From Candidatus Latescibacterota bacterium (GTDB taxonomy: Bacteria; Latescibacterota; UBA2968; UBA8231), in contig OZ242214.1 of the NCBI GenBank assembly GCA_965206595.1, positions 3,264,001 to 3,328,000 on the forward strand: DNA of 64,000 bases, in the 5' to 3' direction. Each line of letters opens with the position of its first letter. Position 1 is the stretch's first letter. This document shows, in pieces, positions 22,163-30,481 of this stretch. The notes below the pieces were generated by a model. That model worked only from the letters and a program-made list of their open reading frames with translations, ran no database searches and was not told where the DNA came from. Position numbers and translations under genes: made by a program.

Positions 22163-23112
22163 TCGAGCTGAGCCAGGAGGTCCTCGATCGGTTCATCGCC
22201 AGGCCACGCGCCCGCAAGCTCAATAGGGTCGAAGGCCCCGGCTTGCTTGCGTTGTACCGGGAATAGGTCATGCGATTTCTGAATCTCTACCGATGGCATT
22301 TCCTCGAAAACACTATCTCCTTCCAGCTGACTACTGATTCGGCGAGCCTCGATGAATCGCGGCTCGCCGTTGGCCTTGAAATGCACCATCCCCTCGACAG
22401 TAGCCTGCCTACCCCATAGAGAGCGCAAAGCCTCTACGCTCAATGATGCAGCGTCCAGCCGTCCAAAGAGTGTTGACTTCCGGCTCACTAAAAGGCGAAA
22501 GCGGCCGTTGCCGTGTTTGATCTCGTCGAGCCTGCCACTTACGACGAAAGACCTTGGGGCCGGGATGTCATTCAACCGCTCTTTGATGTATTCGCAAGTA
22601 CTGTCGTCCAGCACGAATCGTCCATGGGCCGTACTCTGAGGGATCATTTCATAGCGCACACCGGCAACTCCAGCCGCTTTCCCGAACTTGAGAATCGCCT
22701 CGAGAACCGAACTATCGAAATAGTCTCCAACTGGATCGTCGGTCTGGGTCTCGTTGACCGCTTGGGCGGCTAGATCAAGTGCCGTGTCGTTCAGGCTGGG
22801 CTGCATGCTCCATGAGTCTGCTTGGGTAAACTGTTCGCAGGCAGTCTCACTAAGCTGGGGAGCTTCCACGTCAAAAATCGTGGATCCGGATTTCAATCCG
22901 GTTACCGTGAAGTCTATGGTGGAGTCCAGCCAGTGAGGTCTCGCCCCCTTCCCGCTACCCGCGCCAGTAGCGAGCAAGCGGGTGGTCCGCTCTGCCGTCG
23001 TGAGGAGGGCGTCCAGAACACGCCGGAGAGTCGCCATCTTGATCTGACCTCCGTTTTCTCTCAGACCGCTGACGCAGAGTTGGTAGCGTTGTGTTTTCAT
23101 GGCAGGGCTCAC
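22159..23112 (-). CDS. Hypothetical protein (shared GST/OB-like module + antitoxin-like tail), partner of PIN toxin
   Basis: 317 aa with 4-nt overlaps to hsdS and the PIN gene. It aligns by eye with 24804-25931 and ends LAGAWPGDEPIEDLLAQLD. Confidence 0.75.
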   Translation of the reverse strand: MSPAMKTQRYQLCVSGLRENGGQIKMATLRRVLDALLTTAERTTRLLATGAGSGKGARPHWLDSTIDFTVTGLKSGSTIFDVEAPQLSETACEQFTQADSWSMQPSLNDTALDLAAQAVNETQTDDPVGDYFDSSVLEAILKFGKAAGVAGVRYEMIPQSTAHGRFVLDDSTCEYIKERLNDIPAPRSFVVSGRLDEIKHGNGRFRLLVSRKSTLFGRLDAASLSVEALRSLWGRQATVEGMVHFKANGEPRFIEARRISSQLEGDSVFEEMPSVEIQKSHDLFPVQRKQAGAFDPIELAGAWPGDEPIEDLLAQLD

Positions 23113-24314
23113 TTTCCTGAGTTGCTGAGCGATGGCGCATGTTGCACAGCTTCGCCGTTTCTCATCTCGATCTTGCCAGTAACAGCAGCCGCGATGAGGG
23201 CGGCGCGGCGCTCCTTGAGGAGAGCAACCGTGCTTTCCGTCGATTCCCTCAGTTCCTCGAGTCTCTTCGCCTCGAATGCAATTTGCTCGACAATCTCCGC
23301 CTGCTCTTGGACGGGAGGCAATGGAACTTCAATGTCGCGGAAGCCTGTCCAATAGAGACGCAACCTATCCCACACGATTCCGTGGGAGTGGCGCGCACAC
23401 TCCGCACTGAAAGCAGCAGTTTGAAAGAGTCTTTTTGCGTACGCTGAAGACAAAAGCCCGACGGGTTCCGCAACCACATAGTCCGGACTCACTAGGCCGT
23501 CCTCAGGGGCTATGCCAACTGCCCCTTGCCACATCCGCATCTTGTTGAACACCACATCACCTTGGCGAGCAACTTTATACGTGTTGAAATCGGCTGCTGT
23601 GCTCTCGATTCGTTCCTCGGAAAATTCACGCAAGATGACACCATGGTTGATCGAAACTTCCAACAGCGGAAGATCCGGCTCCCCTCGTTCGTCACGCTCG
23701 CTGAATAGCCAGGCTACCCGCCGCGTCTTCCAATGTGCAGGAATCACACCAAGCCAGGGGATGCCGGAATCGCGGAGCGGCAGGGCAGGGTCGAGGCCAC
23801 AGGTAACGGCACGGGTTATGAGAGCACGGCGCTTCTCGGCCAGCAGGTCCAGCAACTGCTCCTTCTCTGCTACCAGTTCATCCAGCCGCGCCGTCTCGCG
23901 GTCGAGGTAGCTGGCAATGGTGCGTTGCTGGGACAGAGGTGGGACAAACACCTCTCTGGCGTAGGCGGTTTCACGATTGAGGCCCGGAACTGCTGCTTCG
24001 TCCGTTCCTTCATCAAGTCGCAAAGTTTGAAGGAGCCAGTAGAGCCAGCGCAAATGGTTCCTGCTAACCGATTCGTCAATGAAGAAGGTCGTATCAGAAG
24101 CGAAGCACGGTTCCGCAGTCCAGTTGACCTTGCCATAAGAGCCTTTTCGCCCAATGATGATCGCTGGCGCTCCGGTGTTAGTCCTTGAGAAAGAAGCAAA
24201 TGGTCCGTTGGAGCCAAACACACGAAAGGTGCCATCAAGTGGCTCGTCACTCGGCAGAGCGTCGCCGTAGCCTAAACGAGCGACAAATTTCAGCTTTGCC
24301 CTCGGCCACATCAC
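23109..24314 (-). CDS. hsdS: Type I restriction-modification specificity subunit
   Basis: Two TRDs and the conserved helices VPPLSQQRTIASYLD..KRRALITRAVT.GL..DSGIPWLG.IP.HW and LPPVQEQ..LLKERRAALIAAAVTGKI. Confidence 0.95.
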   Translation of the reverse strand: MMWPRAKLKFVARLGYGDALPSDEPLDGTFRVFGSNGPFASFSRTNTGAPAIIIGRKGSYGKVNWTAEPCFASDTTFFIDESVSRNHLRWLYWLLQTLRLDEGTDEAAVPGLNRETAYAREVFVPPLSQQRTIASYLDRETARLDELVAEKEQLLDLLAEKRRALITRAVTCGLDPALPLRDSGIPWLGVIPAHWKTRRVAWLFSERDERGEPDLPLLEVSINHGVILREFSEERIESTAADFNTYKVARQGDVVFNKMRMWQGAVGIAPEDGLVSPDYVVAEPVGLLSSAYAKRLFQTAAFSAECARHSHGIVWDRLRLYWTGFRDIEVPLPPVQEQAEIVEQIAFEAKRLEELRESTESTVALLKERRAALIAAAVTGKIEMRNGEAVQHAPSLSNSGK

Positions 24315-24430
24315 TGCATCACCTCCTGCAACAGCCGCAAGATCGTTTTCTCCACTTTTCCAGAGCCCCCATCGGCCTGGGGCTCCGATCTGGTCGAGAC
24401 TTCTGATCGTCTACTTCGATCGTACACCAT
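24311..24430 (-). other. 39-codon mini-ORF / relic of an hsdM 3' end
   Basis: MVYDRSRRSEVSTRSEPQADGGSGKVEKTILRLLQEVMQ*. The tail resembles the HsdM end AEEKIMRLLREVTS*, and there are TGATG overlaps at both ends. Confidence 0.6.
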
Positions 24431-24807
24431 CAGCCAGGGTCAACGCGATACTGCCAGCCGCGAAGCACCGCGGCACGCGTCAAGTATTTCGCCTTCGTCT
24501 TGATGTCCGCGTTGGAGCAATCGCGGAAGTCGATCACTACGTGTTCTGGAAACGGCTCCGGATCAGGCGTTACAGGCAGCTCCTGTTTTCCGCATTCTGC
24601 TACGGTCAAGGCCATGACGCCAACCGATGTCAGGCCCAATTTATGGGTGTAGTGGCAATACGCCTGCTGAGCCGTCATCTGGTCTCCGTCGTAAACGGAG
24701 AGTTTCCCTTGGTCCTTTGCCGTCGGTTTGAACGCCTGGGAGGTGACTCTTCCTTCTCGAATCCAACCTGGGTTCACCTGTCGTAGCAGCAAGGTGTCCA
24801 GTGTCAT
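24430..24807 (-). CDS. Small putative toxin, ADP-ribosyltransferase/RES-like motif pattern
   Basis: 125 aa, with an ATG overlapping the upstream stop. LLRQV..TSQAF..LSVYD..GV..PEHVVI matches the R..S..H pattern of ART-like folds (inference). Confidence 0.55.
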   Translation of the reverse strand: MTLDTLLLRQVNPGWIREGRVTSQAFKPTAKDQGKLSVYDGDQMTAQQAYCHYTHKLGLTSVGVMALTVAECGKQELPVTPDPEPFPEHVVIDFRDCSNADIKTKAKYLTRAAVLRGWQYRVDPG

Positions 24808-25931
24808 ACACGGCCCGAAGTCATGGCCTCGATCTGGTCGACCAGCCACTTCCAGTCATCGCCAGCGTCACAATTCAACGTGCGCTCGGAAGCGACGTTG
24901 GACACCATGTTGAGCGCGTGCCATTCGCCGGAACGGGTTTCGAGATTCACATCGAACGTGACCTCGTTCGGGCCGAGGGACCATTCAGCTTGAACGCCTC
25001 CCGATTCCGTTGGGTAGAGGTGTGGCAACGGCGCCTCATCGGAAAAGTGCCGGTCGAAGGCGTCGTTCAGCCAATCGAGGCCCGCGCTTGGTGGGGCAAG
25101 TCCCTCTCCTTCGAGCCAGCCGTTCTGCAATAGGCGCAGGTCGTCGAGTTGCGCGCCGACATCCAAAGCGTCGAGAATGCTCAGATGTTCAATTGTATCG
25201 AAATCGATAAACTGATCACCGCGACTGAAACGTCCGATGCCCTGGAACAACGCGCGAATTCCGTTCTGGTATCCCTTGAACGCTTCGAGGATAGTGTCGA
25301 GGTGCTGCGAGGCAATCGGAGCTTTGACCTTGCTGCCGTCTATCAACTGAATCTGGAAGCTCATGTCGTCCTGGTCAGCCTCGGGCACTGTACCTCGAAT
25401 CGAAACTTCCTCGGTCAGTTCCTTCACTTTGGGCGACGCAAGGACCAAGCGTCGTCGGATGTCCCTGGTGAGCTTGGCCGTGATTTTGTTGTCAGGATCA
25501 TCGAATAAAACCGCTTCACCCTCCTTCAGGCTTCGCCCTAGCTTGTCGAAGTAGCCCAGCGTCCCCTCCGGCAGATGCGGCTCGATGGGACGTTCGTGTT
25601 CCGCTGCACTGATAGCTTGGATGATCGCGTCGCGCGCGTAACCGGAATAGGTCTGGCTGACTGTCGGAAGCAAGGTCGGCGGTTCCGAGGCCATTCGGAT
25701 GTCCAGGGATGTACTGCCAGGACTGATCGCGGCGAGCCCCAATTGGATGTTCTTCGTGAAGCCACGGGGTGACCGCTGACGATTCGGGTGATCCGTGAGG
25801 AATTTGGCCTTGGCGACTTCAACGACCATTTCTTCCAGCACCGCGACATCTTTCAAGAATTCCAGCGGGACGGAGTGGTCATCGTAGCGCGCTCCGACGA
25901 GACGCAAGCGCATGAAGGGTTCCGTGCTCAT
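24804..25931 (-). CDS. Hypothetical protein (shared GST/OB-like module + distinct C-terminal domain), partner of ART-like gene
   Basis: 375 aa with ATGA overlaps to hsdM and the downstream gene. C-terminal domain: LDDLRLLQNGWLEGEG..PHLYPTESGGVQAEW. Confidence 0.75.
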   Translation of the reverse strand: MSTEPFMRLRLVGARYDDHSVPLEFLKDVAVLEEMVVEVAKAKFLTDHPNRQRSPRGFTKNIQLGLAAISPGSTSLDIRMASEPPTLLPTVSQTYSGYARDAIIQAISAAEHERPIEPHLPEGTLGYFDKLGRSLKEGEAVLFDDPDNKITAKLTRDIRRRLVLASPKVKELTEEVSIRGTVPEADQDDMSFQIQLIDGSKVKAPIASQHLDTILEAFKGYQNGIRALFQGIGRFSRGDQFIDFDTIEHLSILDALDVGAQLDDLRLLQNGWLEGEGLAPPSAGLDWLNDAFDRHFSDEAPLPHLYPTESGGVQAEWSLGPNEVTFDVNLETRSGEWHALNMVSNVASERTLNCDAGDDWKWLVDQIEAMTSGRV

Positions 25932-27913
25932 GAAGTCACCTCCCGCAACAGGCGCATGATCTTCTCCTCTGCCTCCTTCAAATCCGCGTCGATCTCCTCC
26001 AGCGGTCGTGGCGGTGTGTACTTGTAGAAGTGGCGATTGAAGTTGATCTCGTAGCCGACCTTGTCCTTGCCGCGGTCCATCCAGGCGTCGGGAACGTGGG
26101 GGGCTACCTCCCGTTTGAAGTAGGCGTCGACGTTGTCTTTAAGCGGCACGTTCTCGAAGTCGCGCAGCTTGGTGTCGGGCTCGCAGCCTTTCTCCCGGCC
26201 ATCCTTCCTTACCCGCTCGGCCTGCGGGTCCTTCTCGGTGAAGACATCCCGGAAGAGATTCTGTTCCGCCTTCTTCCAGCGCGATTGACGCTTATGCAAA
26301 AGAGCCACAATTCTCCCCCATGCCGCATTCCAGTCGTGCTCCGGCTCTCGCCCCAACTCTTTGTCGATGGCCTGCACATCGTCGAGCAGATACGGGCAGG
26401 CATCGAGGAAGCGGGCCTTGTCTTCTATGGTCATCTGGTAGCGCAAGCGCAGGGGGCGCTCCACGGTCACGCGTGTGTACCCGAAGTCGGCGTTGTCGAA
26501 GACTCTGGAGCGTTCGCCGTCCTCGAAGCGGCCGTACAGCCGCACGATCTCCTCGATCTGCCCTGAGGTAAGGTGGCGGCGCTTGTCGCCAAGGCTGCGC
26601 TTGTTGTCTTCGCTTCCCCCCGCGGTCCACAGGTCGCGGGCGTCGAGGAGCTGTATCCGCCCCTGCCGGCGCTCCTCCTTGCGGTTGGTGACGATCCAGA
26701 CGTAGGTGCCGATTCCGGTGTTGTAGAACATCTGCTCGGGCAGGGCGATGATGGCTTCGAGCCAGTCGTTCTCGATGATCCACTTGCGAATGTCGCTCTC
26801 CCCGGACCCGGAGCCTCCGGTGAAAAGCGGCGAGCCGCTGAACACGATGGCGAGCCGCGAGCCGTGTTTGTGTTTCCGCGGCCGCACCGGTTCCCGCTTG
26901 TGCCACATGTGCTGCAGGAAGAGCAGCGAGCCGTCGTTCACGCGCGGAAGCCCTGCCCCGAAACGGCCCTCGAATCCGAGCTTGTCGTGCTCGCGCTGGA
27001 CCTCATTCTTCTGCCTCTTCCAGTCCACGCCGAAGGGAGGATTGGTGAGGAAGTAGTCGAAGGTCTCGCCCTCGAACCGGTCCTCGGTCAAGCTGTCGCC
27101 GAAGCGGACGTTGTCTCCGCCGCCGTTGTGGTCGACCTGCTTCATCAGCATGTCGGAGGCCGCGGTGGCGAAAGCGCGGTTGTTGTAGTCCTGCCCGTAG
27201 ACGTAGAGCCGTGCCGCATCGTGGTGGTCTCGCAGGTAGTTCTGCGCTTCGGCCAGCATGCCGCCCGTTCCGCAGGCGGGGTCGAGGAGCTTGCGCACGG
27301 TTCCGGGTGTGGCGAGCAGTTGGTCGTCCTGAATTAAGAGGATGCTCACCATCAGCCGGATGACCTCTCGCGGCGTGAAGTGGTCGCCCGCGGTCTCGTT
27401 CGCCAGTTCGTTGAAGCGGCGGATGAGATTTTCGAAGAGGAGTCCCATCTGCTCGTTCGGGAACCTGTCGGGGTGCAGGTCCACGTCGCAGAACTTCGAG
27501 ACGACGAGGTACAGGATATTGCTCTCCTGCATCTTCTCGATCTCGCTCTCGAACTCGAAGAACTCGAAGATGTCGCGCACGTTGGCCGAAAAGCCCTGGA
27601 TATAGCTGACGAGGTGCGGGGCAATGTTGTCCGGATCTCCCTTGAGCTTGTCGAAATCGAGGTCTGAGTGGTTGTGGAAGCGCTGGCCCGCGGCCCTGTT
27701 CAGCCTGGCGTCGAGCGCTTCGCCGTCGAGTCTGCCGCGCCAGCGATCATATTCGGACAGGACCTTTGGCTTGCTCGGCGCGAGCACGCAGTCGAACCGC
27801 CGCAGCACGGTCATGGGCAGCATGACGCGCTCGTACTGCGGCGGGCGGTAGGGACCGCGCAGCAGGTCGGCGATCTGCCAGATCAGGCTGGCGAAGTAGC
27901 TGTGGTCAGGCAT
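25928..27913 (-). CDS. hsdM: Type I restriction-modification N6-adenine methyltransferase
   Basis: IWQIADLLRG, FTPREVI, DPACGTGGML (motif I), NPPFG (motif IV), FYNTGI and VGYEINF motifs. Confidence 0.96.
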   Translation of the reverse strand: MPDHSYFASLIWQIADLLRGPYRPPQYERVMLPMTVLRRFDCVLAPSKPKVLSEYDRWRGRLDGEALDARLNRAAGQRFHNHSDLDFDKLKGDPDNIAPHLVSYIQGFSANVRDIFEFFEFESEIEKMQESNILYLVVSKFCDVDLHPDRFPNEQMGLLFENLIRRFNELANETAGDHFTPREVIRLMVSILLIQDDQLLATPGTVRKLLDPACGTGGMLAEAQNYLRDHHDAARLYVYGQDYNNRAFATAASDMLMKQVDHNGGGDNVRFGDSLTEDRFEGETFDYFLTNPPFGVDWKRQKNEVQREHDKLGFEGRFGAGLPRVNDGSLLFLQHMWHKREPVRPRKHKHGSRLAIVFSGSPLFTGGSGSGESDIRKWIIENDWLEAIIALPEQMFYNTGIGTYVWIVTNRKEERRQGRIQLLDARDLWTAGGSEDNKRSLGDKRRHLTSGQIEEIVRLYGRFEDGERSRVFDNADFGYTRVTVERPLRLRYQMTIEDKARFLDACPYLLDDVQAIDKELGREPEHDWNAAWGRIVALLHKRQSRWKKAEQNLFRDVFTEKDPQAERVRKDGREKGCEPDTKLRDFENVPLKDNVDAYFKREVAPHVPDAWMDRGKDKVGYEINFNRHFYKYTPPRPLEEIDADLKEAEEKIMRLLREVTS

Positions 27914-28010
27914 GTCATCACCTTCGCGTGCTTACCGCGTCAGGGATCCCCGCGAAAACCGTCAACACTAGAAATTTACGAAACACCCTAAGCCGCGCCT
28001 CCGCCCGCCG

Positions 28011-28600
28011 CTACCCGTAACGCACCCCGGTCGGAATCACCCCGGCATCCTCTCCCCGCTGCAGGGCCTCGGCCGTCTCGACCAGGCTCAGCAGGTCGTG
28101 CTTCGGCTCGAACCCCAGCAGCCTGTCGATCTTGCCGAGGTCGAGGTCGAAGTAGTTGGGCGTCGGCAGCTTCGCCTCGACGTATTCCATGCCGTAGCGC
28201 TCCGCCAGGAAGGGGATCGCCTCCCCCCAGTCGAAGCGGACGGCGCCGCCGAGGTTGAAGATCTCGCCGGCCGCCTCTTCCCTCTCGATCCCGAGCAGCA
28301 GGCCGCGGGCGATGTCGCGGACGTCGGCGAAGGGCTGCTTCTGCGGCACCCCGTTGGGATTGAGCAGCACCACGAGCTTCTCCTCCCCCTGCCACAGGGA
28401 GCGGATGCGGTCGTACATCTCGCGATCTTCCCGGGTTTCCCCCTCGGCCTCCCCGTAGCGCCCGTACAGGTCGCTGAGGAAGAACCGGTACGGCCTGCCT
28501 CGGCGTCGAGGAACTCGCTGGGCTCGAGGATGGTGGCGAAGCTGCGCACGTCGTAACCGGCGCCGACCCGGCCGGTGGCGCCGGTTACGAGGATTTTCAC
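28011..28600 (-). pseudogene. NAD-dependent epimerase/dehydratase, internally deleted and frameshifted
   Basis: MKILVTGATGRVG jumps directly to C-terminal-type sequence. ADVRDIARG..GEIFNLGG..LLGFEPKH is in another frame, and the catalytic YxxxK region is absent. Confidence 0.7.
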
Positions 28601-28690
28601 GGGAAGTCCCTGGGTGCTGTGCGCCGCGGGTCCGAAGGCACTCGGGCATGATGGGGCGCGGGTGGAAAGGGGCAGGTGAACGGACCGCGG

Positions 28691-29488
28691 CTACCTGCCG
28701 GGCTGCGCGTAGGCATCCGGGTCGCGGTCGACCTCGGCGACCAGGGTCTCGATGAAGTCGCGGATGGGAAACAGCCGGGAGTAGGAGTCGCCGGCGCGCC
28801 CGCGCCGCAGGCGGCCCTGGCGGTCCCACCAGGCCCCGAGGATTTCGCGGTCGATGCCCGGGTAAACCGCCTTCGGGTCCTCCTCGAGCATCCGGTTCCA
28901 GCGTATGACTTCGACGAGGTGGATGTAGGTCACGGTGTCGTAGGTGGTGCCGAGCATCAGCAGCTTGCCGCCGCGCTCGTAAGCCCGGTACATCGGCGAG
29001 TGGGCGCCGTAGGTGCGTCCCCCCGGCGGGTAATCCCAGCCCGACACCAACCCCTCGTTCTCGAGATGGCCGGCGACGAAGGCCTCGGCCCCCTTGCCGC
29101 GCGCGGCGACCGCGTGCGAGTAGTGGTCGGAGCGGAAGGTGCCGGGCATGAGGCGGAAGAACTCGGTCAGCCAGCCGACCGAAGACGGGGTGGTCTCGCA
29201 GTCCCAGAGCTCGGCGCGGCCCTGGCGCAGCCGGTAGCGCTCGGCCAGGCTGGGATCGGCGGCGATTTCGGGAGACGGCGGATTGGACGGATCGCGCCAG
29301 ATCAAGTGGAACGACGGCATCAGCACGAGCCCCTCCGGGCCGACGGCGTCCTCGAGGGCGGCGACCACCGTGCGGGCGCGCCCCTTTACCGGCCCCAGGC
29401 TCTTGAAGGAAGAGTGAACGAACAGTATGTCCCCCGGCCCCACTCCGAGAGCGGTGAAGTCGTCGGCCAGCCCCTGCCGCGTGTACAT
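28691..29488 (-). CDS. AAC(3)-family N-acetyltransferase
   Basis: GV.PGDILFVHSSFKSLG, GLVLMPSF, G.LTE.FR..PG..RS.H and TYIHLVE motifs. Confidence 0.85.
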   Translation of the reverse strand: MYTRQGLADDFTALGVGPGDILFVHSSFKSLGPVKGRARTVVAALEDAVGPEGLVLMPSFHLIWRDPSNPPSPEIAADPSLAERYRLRQGRAELWDCETTPSSVGWLTEFFRLMPGTFRSDHYSHAVAARGKGAEAFVAGHLENEGLVSGWDYPPGGRTYGAHSPMYRAYERGGKLLMLGTTYDTVTYIHLVEVIRWNRMLEEDPKAVYPGIDREILGAWWDRQGRLRRGRAGDSYSRLFPIRDFIETLVAEVDRDPDAYAQPGR

Positions 29489-29497
29489 GGCGCCTCG

Positions 29498-30481
29498 CTA
29501 CGACCCGCCGACCACCAGGGCCTGCGGCTCTTCGCCGCGGGCGAAGCGGGCGAGGTTCTCGGCGGCGAAGGCGGCGCGCTTGCGGGAGGTGCCGTCGGTG
29601 CCGCCGGCGGTGTGGGGCAGGACGACGACGTTGGGCAGCTGGAACACCGGCAGGCTCGGGTCCGGGGGCTCCTGGGCAAAGGCGTCGAGACCGGCGCCGC
29701 CGATGCGTCCCTCCATCAGCGCCGCGTAGAGCGCCTCCTCGTCGGCGAGGCCGCCGCGGCAGACGTTGATGTAGCAGGCGGTCGCCTTCATCAGCCCGAT
29801 GCGGCGCGCGTCGATGATGTGCCGGGTCTCGTCGTTCAGATGCAGGTGGCAGGAGAGGAAGTCGCAGCGCCCCACCATGGCGTCGAGATCCTCCGGCCCC
29901 CCGAGGAAATCGGGCCGGATCTCGTCGAGAATCTCCGCGTCGATCTCGCGCACGTCGATCGCCTCTAGGCGCATGCCGAACGGCCGGGCCCGGCGCGCCA
30001 GCTCGGTGCCGCTGGCCCCGAGGCCGACGATGCCGAGGGTCATGCCGACCAGCTCCCTTCCGCGCGGCATGAAGAACGGCCCCTGCGCGAAGTTGACCTG
30101 GGCCTCGCGGTAGCGCCCGGCCAGCATCAGGATGAACATCATGGCGTTCTGGGCCAGGGCCACGGCGCTGAGATGGCCCGGGGCGTGGGCGGTCATCAAC
30201 CCCTTCCCGCGCAGGTACTCGAGGTCGATATGGTCGAGCCCGTTCGTCTGCAGCTGCAGGAAACGGACGCCGCCGGCGACCGCGGCGTCGATCACCTCCC
30301 GGGCCGGACCGGACCCCTGGTCGACCATCGCCTCGATGCCGGCGAACTGCGGCGGCAGGGGGGCGTCCCGGTCGAAGCGGCGCACCTCGAAGCGATCCTC
30401 CAGCGCCTGGACCAGGTCGGCCGTCCAAGCGGACAGCTCCGGCAATTCGTGCGGGATAAACAGTACTTCCGGTTTGCTCAT
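29498..30481 (-). CDS. D-isomer-specific 2-hydroxyacid dehydrogenase
   Basis: GIVGLGASG, INVCRGG, GAGLDAF..EP and NVVVLPHTAG motifs. The start MSKPE overlaps the upstream stop. Confidence 0.88.
   Translation of the reverse strand: MSKPEVLFIPHELPELSAWTADLVQALEDRFEVRRFDRDAPLPPQFAGIEAMVDQGSGPAREVIDAAVAGGVRFLQLQTNGLDHIDLEYLRGKGLMTAHAPGHLSAVALAQNAMMFILMLAGRYREAQVNFAQGPFFMPRGRELVGMTLGIVGLGASGTELARRARPFGMRLEAIDVREIDAEILDEIRPDFLGGPEDLDAMVGRCDFLSCHLHLNDETRHIIDARRIGLMKATACYINVCRGGLADEEALYAALMEGRIGGAGLDAFAQEPPDPSLPVFQLPNVVVLPHTAGGTDGTSRKRAAFAAENLARFARGEEPQALVVGGS

Noticed and set aside
16860-28010. att sites or direct repeats bounding the type I RM island (also sought around the helicase at 37375-40243)
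   Set aside because: I found no convincing flanking repeat, tRNA or integrase by eye.
28691-29488. AAC(3)-family gene as an acquired aminoglycoside resistance gene
   Set aside because: It has host-like GC and sits in a metabolic operon. The family includes many non-resistance members, so resistance cannot be claimed from sequence.
28011-30428. 805-aa ORF spanning three genes
   Set aside because: Off-frame read-through of real genes; only its last ~160 aa are the genuine epimerase C-terminus.
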